A stretch of DNA of 59,463 bases, filler included. It is 6 parts of 6 records of this genome, joined end to end, with 100 filler letters (N's around TTAATTAATTAA, not from the genome) between each part and the next. Parts side by side here need not be neighbours in the genome. Positions count along the whole stretch, not along the records: positions 1 to 8,188 come from SRR31156797_20075; 5 more parts are not named here. One strand, written 5' to 3'. A program made the position numbers and the translations under genes. The notes under the pieces were generated by a model. That model was not told the origin of the DNA and ran no database searches. It saw nothing but the letters and a program-made list of their open reading frames with translations. Below are positions 1-8,288 of this stretch, in pieces (within the stretch, counting starts at the first letter, position 1; each line of letters opens with the position of its first letter).

Positions 1-36
1 ACGACCGGTCCCACAGGCCTGGGACCGGTGGGATGC

Positions 37-636
37 CTAGGTCAGGATAAAGGTCACCAGGATGGGCACCGCGATGGTGAGCACCACGCCGCTGAACAGG
101 GCGATGATGGAAAACTCCTTCCCGGAGTTGATGGTGATGATGGGAAGGGTGGTGTCCATGGCCGTAGCGCCTGCCGAGGCGATGGGGGCGGTTCGTCCGA
201 ACCAGGCCACCAGCAGGGGGGCTGCCAGCAGGGTGAATATCTCCCGTATGATGTTGGAGAGAAGCGCGATGGTGCCCAGCACCTCCCCGCGCATCTCGGT
301 GATGTAGATGGAGGAGAGGCTGTAGTAGCCCAGGCCCGACCCGATGGCCATGGCGTCCTTGACGGAGACGTCCGACAGAAACAGGGAGGCGCCGGCGGCC
401 CCGGCCAGGGAGCCCACGATGACGGCGGCGGGGATGAGGAAGATGCGCACGTTGCTCTTCTTCAATACGGAAAAGGTGGTGGTGTCTCCGCCGATGCCGA
501 TTCCCACAAAAAAGATGAGGGCGTAGAGCACCCAGAGGGTGAGGTCCGATTCGGTGGCAAAGGCCGGCAGCTCCACGAAAAGCCCGGTCATGACCCCGAC
601 AATAAAGCAGCAGAGGATGGTGAGGCTACCCTTCAT
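37..636 (-). CDS. LysO/DUF340-family lysine exporter-like membrane protein (large part)
   Basis: 199 aa, hydrophobic; motifs GSGLGYYSLSS, LLSNIIREI and GATAMDTTLP are typical of LysO/DUF340. Confidence 0.85.
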   Translation of the reverse strand: MKGSLTILCCFIVGVMTGLFVELPAFATESDLTLWVLYALIFFVGIGIGGDTTTFSVLKKSNVRIFLIPAAVIVGSLAGAAGASLFLSDVSVKDAMAIGSGLGYYSLSSIYITEMRGEVLGTIALLSNIIREIFTLLAAPLLVAWFGRTAPIASAGATAMDTTLPIITINSGKEFSIIALFSGVVLTIAVPILVTFILT

Positions 637-949
637 GGGGCACCTGCTTTCCCATCTCGTCCCGGATGGTGTTTTCCGTGTTGTCGGCGAAGAAGAGGCG
701 CCAGGCCAGCCCGCAGCACAGAACGCTTCCGGCCACGGCTCCTCCCGTGAGCACCACGGCCTTGACGCCGATGATGTGGATGCTTGCCACCACGGTTTCG
801 TTCAGGCCCACCGAGATGCCGAGGACAAAGAGAAGAAGAAAGATCACCGCCATGACGATGCGGTCGATGACGGCAAAGAGGGCCTTTTTTCCACTCAGCA
901 GGTATCCGATGAGCATACCCACCGCCATAATGACGAGAATTTCAATCAT
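626..949 (-). CDS. LysO-family small membrane protein (N-terminal half of a split LysO)
   Basis: Likely start ATG at 949 (MIEILVIMAVG) with GGAG at 956-959; three hydrophobic segments and LLLFVLGISVG motif; overlaps the next gene by 11 nt. Confidence 0.75.
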   Translation of the reverse strand: MIEILVIMAVGMLIGYLLSGKKALFAVIDRIVMAVIFLLLFVLGISVGLNETVVASIHIIGVKAVVLTGGAVAGSVLCCGLAWRLFFADNTENTIRDEMGKQVPHEG

Positions 950-959
950 ATCCCACTCC

Positions 960-982
960 AAAAAACTGGGGCCGTTGCCCCA
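960..982 (-). terminator. Terminator-like hairpin immediately upstream of the lysO-like RBS (possible attenuator)
   Basis: Minus strand reads TGGGGC-AACG-GCCCCA-G-TTTTTT directly followed by GGAG. Confidence 0.45.
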
Positions 983-1469
983 TCCGCTGTTAATTAAATT
1001 ACCAGGCAACGTTCCCCGGGCACCGTATGCCTGGGAAGGAAATCGTCTCAAATGCGCCTGAATGTGCGGATATATAGGAAGTCGGTGGGAATGTCAACAA
1101 CTTGCCGGATTTCCGGGGGATATCCAAATTGCTCCAGGATAATTAAATCTTTTTCAATTATGATTTCCCAAATGGCGTTAATTGTTGTATTCTTCTTGAA
1201 ATGGGCAAGCGCCCCGTCTTCTTTTCTTTTGATTCTTTACATTGTTGATGAAAAATAATGGTATACTCACCAAGCGGCAAGAATTCGGTTGTAATGCCTT
1301 TCCTGAAGAATGTATATTGGAATCAACTTGTCCAAAAGCCAGTCTCACTGCCTTTAAAAATATTTTTCGACCACTATTTGTTTTCCAGGATGCGGCCAAA
1401 GAGCGATAGACACCTGTAAAAACTGTGAAAGGTGTATCTGTCTCATAATTTTTTATAGAGAGGACGCAA

Positions 1470-2630
1470 ATGACGCAGATGCAGGAAAAAATTCTTTTCG
1501 TGGATGATGAATCGAACCTGCTGGTCGCCATCAAGCGCCAGTTACGGGGAGAATATACCATCGATACCGCCTTGGGGCCTAAAGAGGGGCTGTCTTTCAT
1601 CAAAACAAAAGGGCCCTTTGCGGTGGTGGTATCCGATCTTCGCATGCCCCATATGGATGGAATTGAGTTTCTTCAGCAGGTCCGGGAGATGGCTCCTGAT
1701 ACCGTACGCATGATGCTCTCCGGAAATGCCGACATGGACAGCGCCGTGAATGCCATCAACAGTGGATCCATTTTTCAATTTTTGCTCAAGCCCTGCAATA
1801 AGACCATGCTTATCAATGCCCTGGACCAGGGAATCCGGCAGTACCGGTTGCTTATCTCCGAAAAGGAGATTCTTGAAAAAACCCTCAAGGGCTGCATCAA
1901 GGTGCTCACAGAGGTTCTCGGGCTTGTTAACCCGGAGGCTTTTGGCCGGTCTTTTCGAATCCAGCGCCATGTCGTTGAACTTATGCAATATCTGAATATA
2001 AAAGATTCCTGGGAGATCGAGACCGCGGCCCTGCTTTCCCAGATCGGGTGTGTGACCATTCCCGGGACGGTGCTTAAAAAGGTCTATTTCGGAGAAAAGC
2101 TCGAAACGGAAGATCGGCGGCTTTACAACATGCATCCCATGGTGGGGCATGATTTCTTGAGCCATATTCCCAGAATGGAAAAAATTGCCGAGATCATTCA
2201 CTATCAGGAAAAGAATTTTGACGGGACCGGTATCCCCCTGGACTCTGTAAAGGGAAAAGACCTGCCCGTTGGTTCCAGGATATTGAAAGCCATTCTTGAT
2301 TACGATACCCTTGAGAGCCTGGGATTCACTTCCAAGGATGCCGTGGTGAATATGCGGAACAGTACCGGAAGATATGACCCGGATATCTTGAAAATACTGG
2401 ATAAAGTCTTCAGGATAAAGGAAAAATATACGGCCCGGACGGTCCCCTTCAAAGATCTCAAGATCGGCATGATACTCAGGGAGGACATCATATCAGAGGA
2501 TGGCGTATTGCTTATTTCAAGGGGAGGGACGATCAATAGCATGGTCCTGAAACGTCTGTTCGCCTATGCCCGGAATTCCAGGATCAAAGATACCGTTTCG
2601 GTGTTTATGCCGATTGAGGTGATGGTATAA
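1470..2630 (+). CDS. Response regulator with degenerate HD-GYP-like domain
   Basis: REC domain (FVDDE, VSDLRMP, KP); HD-GYP-like region has SQIG instead of HDIG and YQEKNFDGTGIP instead of HHExxDGxGYP. Confidence 0.85.
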   Translation: MTQMQEKILFVDDESNLLVAIKRQLRGEYTIDTALGPKEGLSFIKTKGPFAVVVSDLRMPHMDGIEFLQQVREMAPDTVRMMLSGNADMDSAVNAINSGSIFQFLLKPCNKTMLINALDQGIRQYRLLISEKEILEKTLKGCIKVLTEVLGLVNPEAFGRSFRIQRHVVELMQYLNIKDSWEIETAALLSQIGCVTIPGTVLKKVYFGEKLETEDRRLYNMHPMVGHDFLSHIPRMEKIAEIIHYQEKNFDGTGIPLDSVKGKDLPVGSRILKAILDYDTLESLGFTSKDAVVNMRNSTGRYDPDILKILDKVFRIKEKYTARTVPFKDLKIGMILREDIISEDGVLLISRGGTINSMVLKRLFAYARNSRIKDTVSVFMPIEVMV

Positions 2631-2690
2631 ACGTGAGTTCCCAAGCCCAATGAATTCTTTTTGACTGTGCATTACGGAGGGCTGTGACTT

Positions 2691-3797
2691 ATGTCCAGAA
2701 TCCTTTTTGTTGATGACGATCCAAATATTTTGAACGGATTGTCCCGTATGCTACGGTATCAGCGCAGAATATGGGAAATGCATTTTGTCCGGGGTGTGGA
2801 AGATGCCCTGGATCTTATTCAATCCATGGATATTGATCTGGTGATTTCTGATATCTCAATGCCCGGCAGAGATGGCTTTGACCTGCTTTCCACCATCAGA
2901 AATATGCAAAAGACACGGGATCTTCCTTTTCTTATGCTGACCGGTCTGAATGAACACGGCCTCAAACGCAAGGCCCTGGACCTGGGCGCCACCGATCTGC
3001 TTAACAAACCCACCAGCCATGAGGAACTCGTGGCCCGCATTAATAGCATGTTGCGTCTCAAAGCCTACCAGGATGAAATCAAGGCCCGTAATGCATTGCT
3101 GGATCAAAAAGTAAAAGAGCGAACCGCGGAACTCGAATTTGCACGGCTCGACCTGATCTGGCGGCTTGGCAGGGCGGGGGAGTATCGAGACACGGATACG
3201 GGGAACCATGTGGTTCGCGTGGGCTATTATTGTAAGGTACTGGCCGAGGGACTAGGCATGGACCCTAAATTTGTAGAAAGAATTTTCCTTACCAGTCCTT
3301 TGCACGACATCGGAAAGATCGGTATTCCCGACAGCATCCTGCTCAAGCAGGGGAAGCTGGATTCAGATGAATGGGAAATCATGAAACAACATTGCGAGAT
3401 CGGCGCGGATATTCTCCGTCAGGACAGCATAAAATGGGCTCCGGAGGTAATCTGTCACGATCTGTTCAGGCGACCCGATTGTGCAAAAAGCGATAACCCC
3501 TTTTTAAAAATGGCCGAAACGATTACGATGACCCACCATGAGCGTTGGGACGGCAATGGATATCCGTTTGGGCTGTCAGAACATGATATACCGATTGAAT
3601 CAAGAATTGTCGCCATTGCGGATGTTTATGATGCTCTTTCTTCGAAACGGCCGTATAAGCCCAGATTCAGCGATAGCAAAGTCATAAGAATCATGCGTGA
3701 AAACAACGGCACTCATTTTGATCCGGAGGTTTTTTCGCATTTTGAGAAATCCCTTGATCTCTTTCGTAATATCCATACCCAATTTATGGATGAATGA
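2691..3797 (+). CDS. RpfG-like response regulator / HD-GYP cyclic-di-GMP phosphodiesterase
   Basis: REC domain plus intact LHDIGK, HHERWDGNGYP and IADVYDALSSKRPYK motifs. Confidence 0.9.
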   Translation: MSRILFVDDDPNILNGLSRMLRYQRRIWEMHFVRGVEDALDLIQSMDIDLVISDISMPGRDGFDLLSTIRNMQKTRDLPFLMLTGLNEHGLKRKALDLGATDLLNKPTSHEELVARINSMLRLKAYQDEIKARNALLDQKVKERTAELEFARLDLIWRLGRAGEYRDTDTGNHVVRVGYYCKVLAEGLGMDPKFVERIFLTSPLHDIGKIGIPDSILLKQGKLDSDEWEIMKQHCEIGADILRQDSIKWAPEVICHDLFRRPDCAKSDNPFLKMAETITMTHHERWDGNGYPFGLSEHDIPIESRIVAIADVYDALSSKRPYKPRFSDSKVIRIMRENNGTHFDPEVFSHFEKSLDLFRNIHTQFMDE

Positions 3798-3801
3798 GCT
3801 C

Positions 3802-4302
3802 TTATTTATTTGAGGATGATGCAGACATCGGGTTGATCCTTTTTTTATGGGATCCCCGGTTAGGGCCTTGGCCGTTTGATCTTCCGGGGCCGGACGCCTG
3901 TTTTACTTTCAGCAGCTTGCTTTTCTCGCCGCGCATGATTTTCAACAACTCCCTTCGGATGGTTTCAGGGGGAAGGCCCGTTTTTGTCAACCGAGTCATC
4001 AGTTCGCCGAATTTTTCCCTTCGTTTGATGCCGGCCGGAGATAAGTTTCTTCTGTTGTTGAACTCGTCCATAAGCGTGGAGCCGCAGGGGCAGTTTCGAA
4101 ACAGTTCCAGGATAATTCCATTGTCATCATCCACCTCTTCCATGAAATCGCTGGATCTTTGCAACGATTCCGTCTGTGAAATGAATTCATCAACGGTTTC
4201 AAACCGCCGGCCGCAGGTTATGCATTGTTTTGGAAAAGATAAATCAGATAAGGGTTGAAGATCCTTGTAAAGGTTTAAATCAAAATCGCTTCTGCCATTC
4301 AT
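3802..4302 (-). CDS. Conserved hypothetical protein with CxxC and CxC putative metal-binding motifs
   Basis: FPKQCITCGRRF...ELFRNCPCGSTLM; AAAGGA upstream of ATG. Confidence 0.7.
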   Translation of the reverse strand: MNGRSDFDLNLYKDLQPLSDLSFPKQCITCGRRFETVDEFISQTESLQRSSDFMEEVDDDNGIILELFRNCPCGSTLMDEFNNRRNLSPAGIKRREKFGELMTRLTKTGLPPETIRRELLKIMRGEKSKLLKVKQASGPGRSNGQGPNRGSHKKRINPMSASSSNK

Positions 4303-4337
4303 GGTTTATCCTTTCGAAAAGGTGTTCGAATAAAGAT

Positions 4338-4619
4338 TCAAAAACGGATGTCAAACCCCGTAAAACCTGAAACCGTGTCAAGCCAGTCGGTTTCAACCTG
4401 ATCGACCGATGATGCGGGGGGACCTTGATAGCACCAGCGGATCATCCGGTCAAGAGCGTTTTTTTCTCCTTCAAAGGTCGCCTCGACACTGCCGTCGGGA
4501 CAGTTTTTGACCCATCCTGTTATGTTGAAATTTCGGGCGGTTTGCTGGGTTTCCATTCGAAAGCAGACCCCTTGGACCTTACCCCTGACGATGACATGGA
4601 CCTGTTTTATTTCCTTCAT
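4338..4619 (-). CDS. acyP: Acylphosphatase
   Basis: GKVQGVCFR and GWVKNCPDGSVE signatures; start moved to ATG 4619 after AGGAGG. Confidence 0.92.
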   Translation of the reverse strand: MKEIKQVHVIVRGKVQGVCFRMETQQTARNFNITGWVKNCPDGSVEATFEGEKNALDRMIRWCYQGPPASSVDQVETDWLDTVSGFTGFDIRF

Positions 4620-4629
4620 GATATCCTCC

Positions 4630-6294
4630 TTATATGGGCAGGCGAATAGTAAAGGTGGTTCCCTTGCCCGGCTCTGTTTCAAAGTTCAGTTTCCCATGGT
4701 GCTTATCCACAATAACGGAATGGGAGATGGCCAGCCCCTGCCCGGTTCCTTTGCCCACCTCCTTGGTGGTGAAGAACGGATCAAAAATTCTGGATTGGAT
4801 CTTTTCGGGTATGCCTGCTCCCGTATCACTGAATTGGATCTCCGCATAATTCCCTGCTTTACAGGTTTTGATCCTGATAAGCCCTTTTTCTCCGCCCCCA
4901 TCACCAACAACATCGCCAATGGCATGGGCTCCATTGATGATCATGTTCAGGAACACCTGGTTTATTTCTCCGGGCAGGCAGGGAACCAGGGGCAGGGTGG
5001 TATCCAGATCCGTTTCCATTTCCGCAACATATTTCCATTCGTTTCGTGAAATAACAACGGTACTTTCAATGGCTCTGTTGATATTAACGTCCGTTTTTTC
5101 ATTTACCCTTGGATGGGAAAACTCTTTCATGGAGCGAACAATTACGGCAACACGCTCTACACCTTCGAGGGTCTGCTCTATTGCGGCGGGGATCTCCTCT
5201 TTCAGGTAGTCCAGATCCGCTTCCTCAAGCGCGGCTTCCACGGCTTGAACCAGATCACTGGCCCCATTCCCGGATTTGACGGATTCAAGCAAAAGTTCGT
5301 ATTGTTTGAAAACCTGGTTGAGGTTGTCAAATGACTGTTTTAAAAAGCGGGTGTTGTCTCCCACATACTGGATGGGGGTATTGATTTCATGGGCGATTCC
5401 GGCTGCAAGTTGTCCGACCGCTTCCAGTTTCCTGGAATGGCCAAGCTGGGCTTCCAGTGACAGCCGTTCGGTGATGTCGGACATGGTCCCCTCAACTGCC
5501 CAGGGCGCTCCATTGTTATCAAAAAGAATATGACTGCCGATCAAAACAGAGATTGAGCTGCCGTCCTTCCGCTGGAGAATCGCTTCAAAACCGGATATGC
5601 TTCGTTCTTTTTCCAGTTCTTTCAGTAAAATATCTCGCAGGTGCGGATCCGCGTAAAATTTCTTCATACTGATACCTTTTATCTCGTCAAAAGAGGCATA
5701 CCCCAGCATTTTGATCGCGGCCGGATTTGCCATAATGAGGCGGCCCTCAATGTCCACGCGGAAATAGGCTTCCTGGATGTTTTCAAAAATCGAACGAAAT
5801 TTTTCTTCGCTTTTCTTGAGTTCCTTTTTGGCTTTTTTCAGCTCCCGGACATTTTTTTCGAGTTCCGCGGTTCGTTTTTGGACGAGGGCGTCCAAATTGT
5901 CAATATGCTTTTTTCTCTCTTTTTCAAGCTTACGTCGTTTGAGCGCATTGGCCACGGCAATCAGGACCGGGTTCTTTTTAAACGGTTTGATGATATAGCC
6001 GTAAACACCGATGCTCAGAGCTTCCTCTGCGATGATCGGACTGTTGATGCCTGTCACCAGGATAATGGCTGTATCCGGATATTCGGATGAACACCAACGG
6101 ACGAATTCAAGCCCTGATTCTCCCGGCATATCTATATCGCACAGGATCAGATGAATCATCCGGCTTTTCAGCAGGTGCTTGGCTTCGGACGCATCTGAAG
6201 CCTCTGAGCATTCATACATTTTTTTTTCAAGTATCGTTCGGATCTGCTTTCTGATTGACTCCTCATCATCAACGATCAATATGCTTTTCATCAT
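4630..6294 (-). CDS. Hybrid REC-PAS-histidine kinase (NtrB-like HisKA/HATPase)
   Basis: N-terminal REC, PAS, H-box AAGIAHEINTP, N box QVFLNMIING, G boxes DTGAGI and [15 protein letters not shown]. Confidence 0.92.
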   Translation of the reverse strand: MMKSILIVDDEESIRKQIRTILEKKMYECSEASDASEAKHLLKSRMIHLILCDIDMPGESGLEFVRWCSSEYPDTAIILVTGINSPIIAEEALSIGVYGYIIKPFKKNPVLIAVANALKRRKLEKERKKHIDNLDALVQKRTAELEKNVRELKKAKKELKKSEEKFRSIFENIQEAYFRVDIEGRLIMANPAAIKMLGYASFDEIKGISMKKFYADPHLRDILLKELEKERSISGFEAILQRKDGSSISVLIGSHILFDNNGAPWAVEGTMSDITERLSLEAQLGHSRKLEAVGQLAAGIAHEINTPIQYVGDNTRFLKQSFDNLNQVFKQYELLLESVKSGNGASDLVQAVEAALEEADLDYLKEEIPAAIEQTLEGVERVAVIVRSMKEFSHPRVNEKTDVNINRAIESTVVISRNEWKYVAEMETDLDTTLPLVPCLPGEINQVFLNMIINGAHAIGDVVGDGGGEKGLIRIKTCKAGNYAEIQFSDTGAGIPEKIQSRIFDPFFTTKEVGKGTGQGLAISHSVIVDKHHGKLNFETEPGKGTTFTIRLPI

Positions 6295-6341
6295 TCATTG
6301 CTCCCCTGATATTGGGTTCGCCGTTCGCAGAAGGCGTTTTT

Positions 6342-7574
6342 TTATTCATGGGCGGAAGCCTCTGATTCGATCTGTTGAGAGAGCTCTTTCCACACAGGTA
6401 TCTTTTCAGGAAGGTTTAACCTCTTCAGATAGTCCTGATCAAAATATTTCAGTATCTCTTCTCCTGGGGCTTCATGCCCGTAATGTTCTAAAATATTGGC
6501 AGCATGAACTGCCGTCAGTGGGGTGAAACGGCTGTTCGGAGAGTTTCCCGGATTGTGATGAAATGCAACTCCTTCCACAATGGCGTCCGGCAGGCCCCAC
6601 AGTCCTAAAAGATATGCCCCCACCTCTGCATGGGTGGCCCCGATTATTTCAACCTCTGCCCGGTGAAAGGGGATGTCCTCATGGCCTGCCAATTTCGAAA
6701 TCTTCTGGTAAGTATCCGGGAAATTGGCAATGAGTACAAGTTTACCAAGGTCATGGAGCATGCCCGCCATGAACGTATTGTCAACCATCTCCCTGTCCCC
6801 ATTTTCCGTTTCGGCTATTTTTCTGGCAAGCGCGCCTGTTTTGATACTGTGTCTGTAAATGCTTTCAATCTTGAGTGTGGAGATTGTGGCGCCATCAAAT
6901 TTTGAAAAGACCCCAATGCTGAGCACTAGTGCCCTTACCGTGTCAAGGCCTAACAGGTGAACTGCCTGGGTCGGATTTGACACATGGCTGGGGGTTCCAA
7001 AAAAGGCCGAATTGACAAGTTGGAGTATTTTTGCTGTCATGGCAAGGTCCTTTGCTATGATTTCTCCGACTTTTTTGATGGAACCATCCGGTGACTTGAG
7101 TTCATCCATTACCTGGCTATAAAGGGACGGTAGACTTGGGATAAATTCGGTCTGGGAGACAATCCGTTTCAGTGATTTATCGTTAAGAATGTCACGCAGG
7201 GCACAGGCCCTGCCAATGGTGGATTGCAGCAACTCTGGGTCGCAGGGTTTGGAAAGATACTGGTGGGCAGGGCGGACGGATTTCAGGATCATTTTATGAT
7301 CTGAATGGCCGGAAAGGACAACGCGAACGATCAGCGGATACTTTTCCTGGACCTGTGACAATAGCTGTGAACCGTCCATTCCCGGCATTCTCATGTCTGA
7401 CACAATTACATCGAATTTGCTTTTTTTAAGCATTTCCAGGGCCTTGGGACCACTGTCCGCAAACTCCATTATCCATTGATGGCGCATTTTCCGCAGCATC
7501 CTTTGCAGGCCCATGAGAATTCTGGGTTCATCATCCACAAAAAGAATGCGTCTCTTCAACTTTCCCTTATCCAT
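6342..7574 (-). CDS. Response regulator with HDOD domain
   Basis: REC (FVDDE, VSDMRMP) plus HDOD motifs LPSL, KILQLVNSAFFG, LHDLGK, THAEVGAYLLGLWGLP. Confidence 0.9.
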   Translation of the reverse strand: MDKGKLKRRILFVDDEPRILMGLQRMLRKMRHQWIMEFADSGPKALEMLKKSKFDVIVSDMRMPGMDGSQLLSQVQEKYPLIVRVVLSGHSDHKMILKSVRPAHQYLSKPCDPELLQSTIGRACALRDILNDKSLKRIVSQTEFIPSLPSLYSQVMDELKSPDGSIKKVGEIIAKDLAMTAKILQLVNSAFFGTPSHVSNPTQAVHLLGLDTVRALVLSIGVFSKFDGATISTLKIESIYRHSIKTGALARKIAETENGDREMVDNTFMAGMLHDLGKLVLIANFPDTYQKISKLAGHEDIPFHRAEVEIIGATHAEVGAYLLGLWGLPDAIVEGVAFHHNPGNSPNSRFTPLTAVHAANILEHYGHEAPGEEILKYFDQDYLKRLNLPEKIPVWKELSQQIESEASAHE

Positions 7575-7585
7575 GTATACTCTCC

Positions 7586-8188
7586 TTATGCTTTGGGCAG
7601 GCGAATCGTAAAGGTGGTGCCTTTTCCCGGAGCCGTTTCAAAGGTGATTTCTCCATGGTGTTTTTTTACAATGACCGAATGTGAAACGGCCAGGCCCTGA
7701 CCTGTGCCTTTTCCCACCTCCTTGGTCGTGAAAAACGGATCGAATATTTTGGGTCGGATCTCTTCGGGTATTCCCGGCCCAGTGTCTTTGATGTGGATTT
7801 CAACGTAATCGCCGTCATTACAGGTACTGATTCGTATGACGCCTTTTTTATCCAAGCCGTCCCCCACCACATCGCCGATGGCATGGGCCCCGTTGATGAT
7901 GATGTTTAGAAAAACCTGGTTCATCTCTCCGGGCAGACAGGGAATCAGGGGCAGGGAGCGGTCAAGGTCGGTTTCCATCTCAGCCACATATTTCCATTCG
8001 CTGCGTGACACCGTGATGGTATTTTCTAAGGCATGGTTGATATCCACGGCTGTTTTTTCAATGGTGCCCGGGTGGGAAAATTCCTTCATGGATCGAACGA
8101 TCCTGGCGACATGGTCAACCCCTTCAAGGGTTTGATTAATGGCTGTCGGGATTTCCTCTTCCAGGTACTCCATATCCGCCTCTTCATC
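7586..8188 (-). CDS. Histidine kinase, C-terminal HATPase part (5' end lost at contig edge)
   Basis: N and G boxes present; reading frame stays open to the linker. Confidence 0.88.
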   Translation of the reverse strand, partial: DEEADMEYLEEEIPTAINQTLEGVDHVARIVRSMKEFSHPGTIEKTAVDINHALENTITVSRSEWKYVAEMETDLDRSLPLIPCLPGEMNQVFLNIIINGAHAIGDVVGDGLDKKGVIRISTCNDGDYVEIHIKDTGPGIPEEIRPKIFDPFFTTKEVGKGTGQGLAVSHSVIVKKHHGEITFETAPGKGTTFTIRLPKA

Positions 8189-8288
8189 NNNNNNNNNNNN
8201 NNNNNNNNNNNNNNNNNNNNNNNNNNNNNNNNTTAATTAATTAANNNNNNNNNNNNNNNNNNNNNNNNNNNNNNNNNNNNNNNNNNNN
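8189..8288. other. Artificial contig linker
   Basis: 100 nt: N-run + TTAATTAATTAA (stops in all six frames) + N-run; composition changes abruptly across it. Confidence 0.98.

Noticed and set aside
28-997. Plus-strand ORFs 28..750, 539..997 and similar
   Set aside because: Antisense shadows of the GC-rich lysO-like genes, with no recognisable motifs.
6319-6345. Hairpin plus T-run between two minus-strand genes
   Set aside because: The T-run is oriented for the plus strand while both genes are on the minus strand, and the stem is short; function unsupported.
8233-8244. TTAATTAATTAA palindrome recurring five times
   Set aside because: Artificial all-frame-stop linker inside N-runs, not a biological repeat.
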